This document shows positions 21,757 to 39,395 of a stretch of DNA of 64,000 nucleotides, in pieces; the first letter of the stretch is position 1, and every line of letters begins with the position of its first letter. Source of the stretch: the human T2T-CHM13v2.0 reference genome, Homo sapiens; assembly GCF_009914755.1 (NCBI RefSeq), contig NC_060932.1; one strand, 5' to 3'. The translations under genes and the position numbers were made by a program. The notes under the pieces were generated by a model. The model searched no databases. It saw only the letters and a list, made by a program, of their open reading frames with translations, and was not told the DNA's origin.

Positions 21757-22629
21757 TGAAACTTATCCTGTCTAAAGCTGATACTGGTGTCTGTCAACAA
21801 GAAATCGACATCCAAGTAATAGAATAAAAACATTAAGCCCACGCAGCAGAGGATGATATAGAATCGACTTCTCCTGAAGGGAAAGATTAAATACACACTT
21901 TGAACTGGAGAATGGGGAGAGTAGCTATCAGCGTGTCGTGTGTCCCCGCGTTAGCATCAGCAAGTGGACCTACAGGGCAGAGGGGAGGAGAGGTGTTTGG
22001 CCCTAGAGCAGCAGGTAGAGCCACGGCCCAGGTCACCTGGTGCCTGGGATTCGCTTGGCTCCCCTGCTTTGGTTGCTCATGTCAGGGTGAGGGCTTTGGA
22101 ATGTGGGGCAGCGGCAGCTATGCTCCTCCTTCCCAGTCCTGTCACACCGTTCTCCTACATTCAAATGTCTACTCTGAGCTATACCCCCTCTGCAGGCACA
22201 TTCTTTTCTGTGAGTCTACATGGCCGTGGCTTTTGGTGGCTGAGCTATGGTTTTAGCTCACAGACAGCAATGTCAGCTCATGCCCTAGCTCTGGGATTAC
22301 CAGGGGCGTCCCCTCCCTCCGTCTCCTGCTAGCTGCTTTTTACTGTCTGCTGGACACCCCAGGGGCCTGTAAGAGAAGGTCAGATGGCACCAGCATCTCT
22401 CCTTCCTTCCCCCTTTCTGCTCTGAATCTCTGGTCTATTGGAGTTTGGCACCCAAGAGCCAGTTGGACAAGTTCCTGCCCTGCCCAGCTTGGGCAATGAC
22501 ACTGGGCCTCTTTTGGTGTAACCCTGCTGGTCCTGCTTTTGTATTTACCTTTCATTGATAATCAGCTCTTAGATAATGTCTCATGGGAGATGGCAGGGCC
22601 TAAAGGAAAGTGCATGGGATTTGGGAATC

Positions 22630-22810
22630 AGGAAGGGTTGGGCTTGAATACTGGCTCCGCTGCTTGCTGCCTGTGTGACCCTGGGCAGGTTCCTTCACCT
22701 GCCCCATCCTTAGTTTCTTCATCTGTGAAATGGGATTGTTAGGATTAGGCGACCACATGTGAAGGTGCCTAGCAGCATGTCTGGCGCATCATAATTTCTA
22801 AATATATGTT
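22630..22810 (+). mobile_element. MIR-like SINE
   Basis: ctgtgtgaccctgggcagg...agtttcttcatctgtgaaatggga core. Confidence 0.65.
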
Positions 22811-22991
22811 AGTTTCCTTCTTTCTTTCTCAGGCTGTTACTTTGCCAAAGCACCAGATTGATGTTAGGAGTTTGAGCTCTGTCTTCATTTGACTCCCTAA
22901 GGAAGTCACTTCCCCCAGTTGAGCCTTAGAGGACTCATGTGTAGTGAATGAAGAGGTATGCACAGGACCTTTGAGTGCTGACATGCTGTGA

Positions 22992-23945
<954 letters not shown>

Positions 23946-24115
23946 TAGGGCAGACTCAGCAGGACCAGCTGGTGCCTACAGCCATGACCTCCAACCTGGA
24001 AGCACATGGAATCCCTTGGGAGCTCTGGAAACAGGCAGGTGCCTGGGTATCCCAGACGAGTTCAAACCCTGAGAATGAAGCATGCGTCTTAGTTTGTTTA
24101 GAAATCTCCCGAGGT

Positions 24116-24508
<393 letters not shown>

Positions 24509-24969
24509 TCATCTTGACGCTTCCAGTCCCTCTCCCTATGGCCCATTCCTCAACTCTGCCCCTACATTTTCCACCTCCTTTTCATTGGGGTTCAGTCCTT
24601 TCCTGCCTCTTCTACCCGATCCTGATTCCTGTCCCACAGAGGCCTTGCCTAGGTCTTGGGAGCTGCAAACTGAAGTGACCCCCAAGTTGGAACCTGGGAG
24701 ATGTCACGAGAAAACGTTGTTTGCCGGTGGTGGGCAGAGCTGCATTGGTCTTCCAGTACTTTATGAACTCAGTGGGCTTGTATGGACTGGTTGGGAACTT
24801 CACCATCATGCAAATATTGTTTTCATTTAAAAATTAAGGAGTCCCCTCTGTAAAGCAGTAAGATCCTACTCATGACCTTCGTGTGCTTCCGTCCAGTAGG
24901 AAGAGACCTAAACTCTCAGAAAAACATACTCCGAGAACAGAGTCCAAGGCTAGATTTTGTCCTGTTGAC

Positions 24970-25480
<511 letters not shown>

Positions 25481-26899
25481 GATTTGTGTGCCTAAATCCA
25501 GAGAGAGGGGAGGTCAGGGCAGGCTGGAGTCGGTTCAGGCTTCAGGGAAGAGAGTCCTGAGTTTGTCCTTTTCCTAGAGGAGTCTGAGCTATGGCCAGGG
25601 AAGAGGGGGGACAGCTTGGGTGGGCTCCCCTCCCCAGCTCTGATCCCTTGCCGCTACCTAGGTGCTGTTTCTTGGCCTTCCTGCCCTGACACCTGGCTAA
25701 CCAGGCCCTCAGCTCAGGCATCCCCACTCTGTCTTCCTTGATCAGAAAGCACCTTCCTAGGGCTGCCGATGTGTCACCCTGGCAGTCAGCTGTCACCGTT
25801 CATCTTCTAGGTCCAGTCACTGGAGTGGACCCTGAGCGTCACTTTGGATCAAGCCTCAAGGATCCTGGGGCTGTTTTCTCCCATGTCTCCCATTTCCCCT
25901 GGATGGGGAGGAAGGTGGGAGGGAGGAAGGCAGCATCAGACACGCGTCATATTTTCCTGGCTTCTCCTGGTGGAGAGGACGTACAGTTGAGCCCAGGAGC
26001 AGACTGTGGGTGGGGTGTGGGTGAAGGGGTGAGGACCCCTGCCCTTACCCCTGGGGTCCCTGGGCCTGGAGAGTGGCTGCGGCATCTTTCTCTCTGAACA
26101 GGGAGAGCTGCCAGGGAGGCCAGGACAGAGGGTGGAGCAGCCCTTGAGGGGCAGAGGGGATGAAGTAGTTGAAACCTGATCAGCTCATAGTTGTTTTTCC
26201 ATGTGGGTTAGTGTCCGAATGGTTCCCCAAATCCCACTTCATCACTCATAATTCAGGCTAGAGCTCCGGAGGCTGCTGGGCTGTGGTTTGGGGTGAGGAG
26301 AGTGTGTTGTGCAACAGCGGCCCTGAGATTTGGCATTTGCATCTTGTAATTAGTGCTGTGGGAGGGGGATCGGGACTCCAATAGGAGGGGGTGGGCCCTC
26401 TCGTGTCTTTCCATGGAATTCTCCCCACCACCCTATGAAACAGGGTTTAGCATCTCTGTTTTATAGGTAAAGAGACTTGCCTGTGGTTACAGAGCATTAA
26501 TGTCACAGCTAGAATTCCAACAGCTCAAGCTTTTAAAATTACCCCATGCCACTTCCAGGGCACTGCATTGAAAGTCAGCTTTGGTTTAGGCTCTGCCACC
26601 AATTATGTGACCTTGGACAAATCCCCTCACTCACAAGCCCACTTTCCTAAACTGCAAAATGAGGTCAGGGGTGGTGGACCCTTAGTCCTCAGCAGAGTCC
26701 TGCAGTTCCTGTGTCCCTGGAGCCCGTTGGTCTCCCTCTGTAAGTCTGACCTTGGGCAGCACGGTGTCTTTGCCCAGAGCGGTTCTCATTCCCTTCTAAG
26801 GCAGTGTCTGTCACTCATGCCTTTTGGGAGCTGGGGCTCCTATGTGGACTCTGATTTAAGGGCTATAAGGCCTGTCTCTTCCTACCCAATAGAGGTTTC

Positions 26900-26901
<2 letters not shown>

Positions 26902-26949
<48 letters not shown>

Positions 26950-26955
26950 GAAAAG
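26902..26955 (+). repeat. A34 followed by a (GAAAA)-type tract
   Basis: Seen directly; no Alu or L1 body recognised upstream. Confidence 0.95.
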
Positions 26956-28106
26956 CAGTCGCTATGTGGTTGAAAAAAAATGTGTAAATAGAAGTGTAAA
27001 TCAGATTATCCACAGTTCATATACAAATCTGGCTGTAAGAGGCAGCTCCTTAGCTTACTGCCTCATTCGCAAAGGGAAGAACGTGAGTGCAGAGTCTTTT
27101 CTAGGTCCCCCACTCTAAGATTCTTGGGTTCTGAGAATACCTTTTTTGGTAGTATTATCCCCGTCCATTTTCTTGCTTGAATTTGCTTCAAGCGATGTAT
27201 GTTAATTTAGATAGGTGGGGTTAGAAGGACTCTTCCCTAACACCCTGAGGAGACATTTACAGAAAAGAAAAAGAAGAAGAGGTAGAAGAAGAAGAAGAAG
27301 AAAATATATATATATATAATGTTTTTATAGAGACGGCGTTTCACTATGTTGGCCAGGGTGGTCCCAGAGTCCTGGTCTCAAGCAGTCCCAGCCTCCCAAA
27401 GTGCTGAGATTACAGGTGTGAGCCACCACGCCTGGTCCACCAGAGACACTTCTTAAGGCTATCTCCTGATAGATCATTTCACTGATAATTCTTAGGTAAA
27501 TTTCCTAAATTCCTTTATCCGAGATTCATCTCCTTTTATTGCTTTGAGAGGACCCCAGGTAATGGGGGCTTCAGAGATTTTTTTTTTTCTTTTTTGAGAT
27601 GGAGTCTCTCTCTTCCAGAGATTTTTCTTGGAGGCTTTTGGCAACAATTTAAGAGGTCAGCAGGAGCTATGGACAGAGTCTCAGATTCACAGGGGGATGG
27701 TCTGCATTCGAAGCCCCAGGGCTGTGATTTCTAACCTTGACCGTGACTCTGGCATGGGACTGCCTTGGGTTTTCACTGCTTCATCCCTGACAGTGGGGAC
27801 ATTAGAAAGCCAAAGATGGTGTGCCAGGGTAGAGCACAGTGCCAGACCTGGTGCCTGTGAGTCTCCTGCTGTCGTGATAGTGCATTCACTTCATGTTTTA
27901 TACTGTACAGACATCTTTCCTTTGCTACTCATAACAGCCCTATGAGATGGGCTGAACAGATGTATATATATATATATTTTTATTTCTATATTGTGTGAGT
28001 TTGTATCCTATGTATTATAAAAAAAAAATTGAACTGGCATAAAACAGGACAGAGTCAGTGAGATCTCAGGGCACTCACAAAAACTATAACAGCTCACACT
28101 TGCTGA

Positions 28107-28864
<758 letters not shown>

Positions 28865-29139
28865 TGAGCACACACTTTTACCACTGTACTAGAATATTTC
28901 TTTATAATAGATAAGGCTTGGGGGTAATGTTAATGTCACAGGTTTCTATCAGGAATCCTGAATCATTATCCAGGAATTATCATCACTGTTTCACAGGTGA
29001 GGAATGCAAGTTAAAGAATGGTTGAGTAACTTGCTCAGTGTTGCCAGGAAAGTGGCATAAACAGAGCTAGAATCTTGGTCTTCTGTCTCTTGGTGCTGTT
29101 TCCACAGCCTTCTTAAAATGAAAACTATGTGTCTTTCAG

Positions 29140-29196
29140 AATCTGGCAATGGGGGCAGGAGCTGTTGGAGCTTTGCAGCTGACCTACATCTCGAAG
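29140..29196 (+). CDS. PLEKHA2: Coding exon 2 (57 nt)
   Basis: tctttcag|AAT, NLAMGAGAVGALQLTYISK, AAG|gtaatg. Confidence 0.95.
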
Positions 29197-31984
29197 GTAA
29201 TGTTGACCTGGAACTCTGGGAATTCATGCTCTGTAAGTCGATCTGGTTTCTAAGCAAGGGGAAGTGTCCAGTCCTTTGGGCATTAGTATTTAGGGACGTT
29301 GCATGGTGTGGAAATGCTCCCCTGAACCCACACAATGCCTGTGGAGGCTTAGCTGCTAATGGGTGGCTGTAGAGGTATGTGGTTCCAAGTTGTTGGAGGG
29401 TGGACCTACAGCCTCTTACTCCTTGAACACATCAATCCATAATGCTCCCAGCTCCTGCGCAGGAGGTGTTATGTGGTGGTGGAGCTGGGGTAGGGGTAGT
29501 ACATGATCCATGACCTTTTTTTGTAATTGGGACGAAAGGGAACACGAAAACAATCACCAAAAATCCAGCAACTGTGAAGGATTCTCTCAAAGGGTACAGT
29601 CAAACAAAAAATATTGGGGCTTCACTGGATTTTTTACCAGTCACCTGGACAGGATTACTGTGGAGGGAAGGCTAAGAAGGCCCTGAGAAGCCACTCAGAT
29701 TACCAAGAAGACATTCAGCAGCCAGATAACTGCTGGGGGTTGGGGCAGGTGGCTGCGAGGCCACCCCCGTCCCATTTGTACAGAAGGGGCCGGAGCAGGC
29801 CCTCTCTTGTGCTGAGAGCTGGGGTGGGGACTGGTTAACGGTGCCCACATGTAACTGCTGAATTCAGCTTCTATTAGCAGCCGCTCCCTGGAGCAGGCAC
29901 CACTGCTGACCCGTGATGCAGCGGTGATAAAAAGGCCGGGAGATTTAGAGCCTCCCCAGGAAGAGGAACTCTTTGTACAGTGAGGAGAGCCAGGTGGCAC
30001 CCCGCCAGCACTGAGGTTTCGGAAGTCCTGTGCTCCCCACACACCCTCACTGCAGGCCTCTTGGGAGCCTCTTCTGCCCTGCACATCCCCTTTCATCCTC
30101 AGGGGCTGGAGGCCTGGGGGCCCCTGAGCCAAGGGTCTATCGGCTCCATCTTGTAACAAGCTTTGGGAGTCTTGTACCCTGGCTGGTCAGGAGATGAACC
30201 TGAAGGGGACTGGGGGACTCTGGAGGAGAGGCCACCCTTGGCTGGAGGGGCAGCCCGCCCCTGTGCCTGTGGTATGCAGGCAGAGTCTGGCAGACACAGC
30301 CCAGTACAAAGGCACAAGATGCAGGGCAGCGTCAGGGCGGATTAAAGAGGGAGAGAATGACCTCAGGGAAGGAGGAAGGGCCTTTTCAAGTCCAGCCTTG
30401 CTAGCACAGCTGCCGGCAATTTGTGCATGCCTTGTGGTGAGAAATGTGGCTGCCTCCCCGGGCCAGAGCAGCCAGAGGCCCAGGCCTGCCCGCCCTCCCT
30501 GGCTTGTCCTCATCTTGCTGAGAGCTCCTGAGGTCGTTTCTCCAGGAGGGTCGGAGATGGAGAATTGAGAGCAGAGGAGCAGAGAACCTCGCAGTAATAA
30601 AGGAAAACTGAAACCCTCTCCTGTGTGAGACGGTTTGGGAAGCCTTTTTTTTTTATTTTTGGTTGGGGAAGAATGAATTCAGTCTCCTGCTGAATCATGA
30701 TTTATAAATGCAGCTCAGATGAGGGTTTTAGAGTTCTCAGCCTTGGAGGCTGCGTCATTTAGAAAGGGTGACCTGCCGTTTAGCCCCTTCCCGAGAAAGG
30801 CAGGGCTGGATGGGCATTTTGCAAAACCCACAGCTGCCACTGGGTCGGGTTACACAGAGCTCAGAGCCTTTAACTCCTGCCTGACTCCCTGCCAGAAAGC
30901 AGGGGTTTTTCCCAGAATGACATTTAGCCTCAGAGGCGCTGGACTCCAGCTCAGCATTCCAGGTCATTATTTGTTAACTCTTAGGTATTCCTTCTTGGAG
31001 GAGAGCGCTTGCCACCGTGTCAGGTGGCCTGGCCAGAGGGCTGCGTGTGGGCTGGCTGTTCAGGGTGTGTGCTTCTCTGCTGTCTGCTGAGGGCCAGTGA
31101 TGGGAAGATGAGGACGGGCGTGTGGCCCTGGCCCTTTGGAGAGACAGAGATGAAAGTGATGATTGGATGTCATCCAGAGCATCAATGGCAACAGAACCAG
31201 TTCTTAGCAAACTAGAAAATAATTAAAGCTGCACTTTGACCCCTGCCTCCACCCGCCGACTGCACAGCCAACCCCGCTGTCCCACCCCCAGCTGTGTCCC
31301 AGTTGTCAGGGCCTTGCTTTCAGCCACCTCTCAGAAAGAACTTGTAGGGGCTCATGGATCCTTTTTTGAGACTGATGAAATGCATGGATGCCTTCTCCAG
31401 GTAAATGCATAGGTGTACAGACACACCCTGCTTTTGCCTATAATTTCAGGGAGCCCATTGACCTCCTGAAGCTGGTCCAGAGACCCCCATCCCATGTAGG
31501 TGGCTGCTATTCCCCTGATCCTGATGCCACCTTGTGGGGCAAGGTCACCCCCAGATACCAGGGCAGAGGCCGCAGCAGAGCTAGGAGACCTTGTTTTGCT
31601 GCCACTGCTTCTGCCAGAGGGGCCCCAGCTCCTCTTCCGGCCATGGGCAGACAGGGTGGGGCTGGCCCTAGCCGTGCCTGGCCGCTGACGAGCTTGCAGC
31701 TCCTGTGGTCTGTGTTTGATCTGATAAGCGCAAGTTCCTGAGAGTCTGTTGAGCTGTGGAGCAGCCCTGTCTGCGTCACTCTACGGGGGACCTGTGCCCA
31801 CTCCCTGCTCACATCCCTGACCTCTGCTCGCTGCTGGGGTGTTCACAGGACCCACCAGTCAACCACTGCTGGGTAGCGCCTCTGCTGTGGCCACCTCGGC
31901 TGTGTGGATGGCTGCACTTTGGTGGCCTCACTGGAGTCAGACGGTCGGGTGACCTCACCCGCCTGCAGCCACGCCTCTTCATGA

Positions 31985-32464
<480 letters not shown>

Positions 32465-32816
32465 TAAAGCTGATCAAAGACATTGAGGGTCTTACCCTTG
32501 CAGTGAGCCAATCAGGGCAGAACCAGAACCGATCCTGTTAATTCAGCAATGAGTTGGTTTGCCGAATCGCCCTTCCATGGTAAGCCATTAGGCATGAGGC
32601 CAATGATGGTTGTACACGCATGCACTCACACGTGCACTCTCACATGCCTCCTGACCAAAACTGGATAAACAGAGGAAAGCAAACAAACAAACCCAAAGCC
32701 AGACCGTCTCTTTGAAGGCTCCAGTTCCCATAATAAGCACATGGGTAGCATTCTCACAGCACAGGCTGGCTAATCAGTTGTGGTCAAAACGAGCATTTGT
32801 TATCCAAACAGAATTA

Positions 32817-33647
<831 letters not shown>

Positions 33648-34183
33648 TCAGGGGCAGAACAACCAGGAGTTATGGACCAGAGGACTGCAGGAATGTGGAC
33701 GCTGAGGGCCAAAGCAAGAAAATGAGTGACTGACAGATTAACACTCAGGTGTAAGCAGGACAGAAGTCTATGCCGTGGTCCAGATTGAAGGGGCGGGGGG
33801 GGGGGGTCAGAAACCCAGGAAGCAAGATGTCTAGGGGCCTGGACTATTGTGTTATGGAGCCACCAGCGTCCTCTTACTGTGAGTTGACACACAACTGAAT
33901 TTGGATCCTCTGTGTCCGAACTTGGGATAAGCGGGTTTACCTTTGCTCAAATCATCATTTTTTTAGGTTTTTCGTAGGCTCTGTGGCTTTCACCTCACAT
34001 CTCAAAATGTACATCCCTTATTAAATATAATTGGCTATTATATATATATATAAAATATTTGAAAGGATTTTAATCATTTTACTTTTGGAATGATTTGGCT
34101 CTGAGTAACTCATCCAATTTGTAACTGGCTCTAATTTCTGGGCAATCATCTTGCACACGCACAAAAGGATTCTTGTGAGCTAA

Positions 34184-34541
<358 letters not shown>

Positions 34542-35262
34542 TGAAAAATTAATGACGTTTACTTGACGTAACATCCTGTACGCATTTAAATACTTGTCAG
34601 GGAGGTTGATATAATGTTATGTAGGCATTCAATTAAATGTTTATTAACACCAGATACAGCATCTTCACTTTGTATGTAGGAAGCCAGGCAATTTTTTCAG
34701 GTTTCATACAGTTTTGCAGGCCCAGAGAAACTCATGGACCCTCAGCATTTTGCCCGTAGTTCCAGGTGGGACACTGCCTGTGTTGATGTGTGGAGTGAGG
34801 CTTTAAAGGAAATGAGGTATCAAAAGCTATAAATAATCCCTCCTGGGTTGAGCAGATTCTGTGTGGAAGAATGACTGTCTTACCTGCACTATCATATTTA
34901 ACCCTCATGATAACCCTGTGAGAACACGATATTATGATCCCTTATTTGATAGAACAGGAAATGGAGGTCATTCAGTTGGAACACCTGTCATTTGAGACTC
35001 TCTGTCTCTGCCTGACCTTCTTTTGATCTTTTATAAGGTGCCACCTCAGTTCCCATTTATTTGGGGCAATATTAATTTTGGTTAAGGAATCTAGGCAGGT
35101 GTATAGCAAGAACTTAGAGCCAAGAGTAAGAACCTAGACAGACTGGTGAGTCAGTCATTGTTAGACCCTAACTGCTGTCAGCCAGGAAGATACTTTAATT
35201 TCAATTCAGGACTTTTTCTTTAGCACCTGGCTTCTGATACGCTGCCCGTTAAAGTAGCAGCC

Positions 35263-35625
35263 AGCCGGTTGCGGTGGCTCATGCCTATAATCCCAGCACT
35301 TTGTGAGGCTGAGGCAGGAGGATCACTTGAGGCCAGGAGGTTGAGACCAGCCTTGACAACATAGCGAGACCCCATCTCTAAAAAAAAAATGGAAAAATTA
35401 GCTGGGTGTGGTGGTACACACCTGTAGTCTAGCTACTCAGGAGGGTGAGGTGGAAGGATCACTTCAGTCTGAGAAGTCGAGGCTGCAGTGAGCTGTGATT
35501 GCTCCACTGCACTCCAGCCTGGGTGACAGAATGAGATGGGGTCTCATTCTGGGCTCAAGTGATCCTCCAGCTTCCTGTCTCAAAGAAAGAAAACCCAAAA
35601 AAACCCCACAAACAAATAAAATAAA
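35263..35625 (+). mobile_element. Alu (J-like) with an internal inverted segment near the 3' end
   Basis: Sense body with an antisense Alu piece at about 35535-35574. Confidence 0.85.
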
Positions 35626-36341
35626 GTGGGAACCACTCCTGGATCCCCTAGGTGGAGGACATGTCGAAGAATACCCTTGGCTGGAGGGGGATGGAGAGAA
35701 TGGTATTCAGGGGAGGACTGTGACATCATGTGAATAGTCCCCGGCCTAGGACCCATGGGAAGGTGACTGTCTCTTTAGAGGCTCAGTGGTGGAGGCTCAC
35801 TCCAGGGAGGCTCAGCCTCCATCAAGGATTGTCCCTAATCTTTGTGGGCATGTGGTGGAATATGAGTTGCTTTCTTTTTTCTTTTGTTTGAGCCTGAATG
35901 ATGAGAGTTCACATATGCAGATACTCAGGAGTGTACATGCCAGGGGTAGGATTGCCAGAGCAAGATGAAATACAGCAACAGGAGGTATAGAAATACCTCC
36001 TCTGTTTCTTGCCCTTCCCTGAGATATATAGGAATGTTCTCCGATTCCATCAGCCCCTCTCTGGGCACCTGGAAGGTGCTTATTTTCATGGTTAGGCCAT
36101 CAGGGCAGATGTAAAGGCAATTGTTCCATGTGTCTGAGGGCAGCGAGCAGCCTGCTGCTTCATCTCTCTGAGTGTTCTGATTGGAATCCATGCATTTGTA
36201 GCAATATTGCCTTCAGCTTGGAGAACGATTTAGGGAGAGGGTTGGCGGTTGAAAGAGGAGGGGAGGAGGGGAATCTTGCTAGTGTGAATGAGGCCAGGAT
36301 AGGTTTTCGTCAGGACTTAGTGGCTTTTAAAAGTCTTTTTG

Positions 36342-36650
36342 AGCTGGGTGCAGTGGCTCATACTTGTAATCCTAACACTTTGGGAGGCTGAGGCGGGAGG
36401 ATTGCTTGAGCCCAGGAGTTTGAGACCAGCCTGGGCAACATAGCAAGACCCTGTTTCTGCAAATATTTTTCTTTTTTAAAAAAAACTAGCCAGGCATAGG
36501 GGCATTTAAAAAAAATTAGCCAGGAGGTGGAGACTGGAGGATCACTTGAGCCCAGGAGTTGGAGGCTACAGTGAGCTATGATTGCACCACTGTACTCCAG
36601 CCTGGGTGACAGAGTGAGACCCTATATCTAAATAAATAAATAAATAATAA
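36342..36650 (+). mobile_element. Alu (J-like), rearranged linker
   Basis: Sense body, TSD-like aagtcttttt. Confidence 0.85.
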
Positions 36651-36931
36651 ACATAAGTCTTTTTGTAAAGATGAACAGACCTCAAGATAATGGTTATCTC
36701 TGACGGTGGGGATTCTGTCAGGGAGGGGCACACAGGGCTTCTAAGAAATAGGACTGATAATGCCTGTTTCTTAATCTGGATGATGAGTACAGGGTTTTCA
36801 TTTAATTATTATTTTTTAAAAATGTAGACATATGTTTAATGTACTCTTTATATATGAGAAATTTCACAATAAGAAATCTTCAACATTGTAAGACACATAT
36901 TCATGTTTCTTTTATTTCTTATTTGATTTAG

Positions 36932-36980
36932 GTGAGCATAGCTACCCCAAAACAGAAACCAAAAACTCCATTTTGCTTTG
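36932..36980 (+). CDS. PLEKHA2: Coding exon 3 (49 nt)
   Basis: gatttag|GTG, VSIATPKQKPKTPFCF plus 1 nt, TTG|gtaagt, phase 1. Confidence 0.95.
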
Positions 36981-37304
36981 GTAAGTACTGAGCCAGGGGA
37001 GGGACTCATTTAATATTGACATGGCAACTTCCTCTTTTGCATGGAGACAGTCCTGTGATCACATGTGACTATACCCTGTGAGTATGAGTGACTTAAATCA
37101 CAGTGACGGTCCTGGACGTCAAGTGATATTGTTTTCCCTGGTCTTGCTGCAAAGGTTGTTAATAACATAAGGACAGAGGTTCAGGGACTAGTAACATTTC
37201 TGTTTTCTTTCTTTTTTTTTTGGTTTTAGTTTTATTTTTTAAGTTGACAAATAATAATTATATGTATTCATGGGGTACATAATGTATAGAGTAATTAGCA
37301 TATC

Positions 37305-37946
<642 letters not shown>

Positions 37947-39233
37947 ATGTCCATCATCTCGAACATTTTTTTCTTTTAATAATTGTCCATATGCATTTCA
38001 GTTTTCTTGATGCCACAAGGCAGGTGCAAAATGTCCACTATAAGTTTCTGTGAACCTTATTTTAGAGCTGAGAAATGTTGTGCTCAGAAAAGATGGAGGA
38101 CTCAGAGGAGACGCAGATGGCAGTGCCAGGAAGGGGATAAGACAAAGGAAGGAGAATTCTGTTAAGGGTCTCAGTTGCCCAATAGTGACATGTTGGGGGA
38201 TGGTGTAGGAGGCAGAGTCACCGTGCATGGGTGCCTCAAGTCAGGAAGTGGTCAGTGAATTCAGTGAATCCATCATCAAATAGTTACTTGGCTCCTACTA
38301 TGTTCTCACAGCTGTGCTAAGTGCTATGAGCAAATGCTAACAAATAGTTTCTGTTGCCTATCTGGGGTGGTTCTGAATGTAAGTTTCACAAAGGCAGGGG
38401 TATTCCTCTGCCTTGTCACTGTGGTATCCTCAGCACTTAAAGATGTTTCCTAGCGCATAGTAGGTGCTCAGTAAATATTTGTCAAATGAATGAATGAACG
38501 GATGAATTCTGCATCTACCCCATGAGACTCACCTCCTACAGTTCAAGCTTATGCTAAGAGAATAAAGTATTCCCTTGAGCGATTCTGTCTCCCCACCTCA
38601 GATTTGTTCAGACTTCTTTGGCATGCTCATTCTTCTATTTCTTGCAAATTTCATAGCTAAGCTCAGAAATGACTCTCACGTTTTGTGGTTATCAGATCTG
38701 AAAATATATATATGTAATAATAGTGAATGTGGAAGTAAATTGTTGACCTAATGGAATGCTCAGAGGAAAGAACAGGTTGAGAGTGAGGCCAAGGTCACAG
38801 ATTTGATCTCAGGAAAGCTTTGTTCTATTTCCCAACCACAGACAACTCTCCCAGTCCAGACCAGTTGTGCCAGAGGAGACCAAGCATGGGTCCAAAATTC
38901 TGTATATACCGTGATGACAGTAAATGTATTAGCACCGCCAGAATGCGGTTCACAGTTGTGTCTTGTTGACGGCAGACCAGCAGCCTCATCACCGCAGAAC
39001 AGCACACTGAGGCTGCTGTTAACATGGTCAGGTGTTGTTCCTGTGGCCAATGGGATGTTTTTAAAGGTGGGAAAGAGAGTGAGCAGGTGTGGCCTGGGGC
39101 TTCCTAGATATCCAGGCAAATGACTTAGCATCATGGGAGATTTCTTGTTCTGCTTTGTGGAGTTCACTCATCTCACTCCCTCAAACACCTTAGCTTTGTG
39201 GAGACTTGTTGTATTGCTTGTATTCTGACCTAG

Positions 39234-39395
<162 letters not shown>

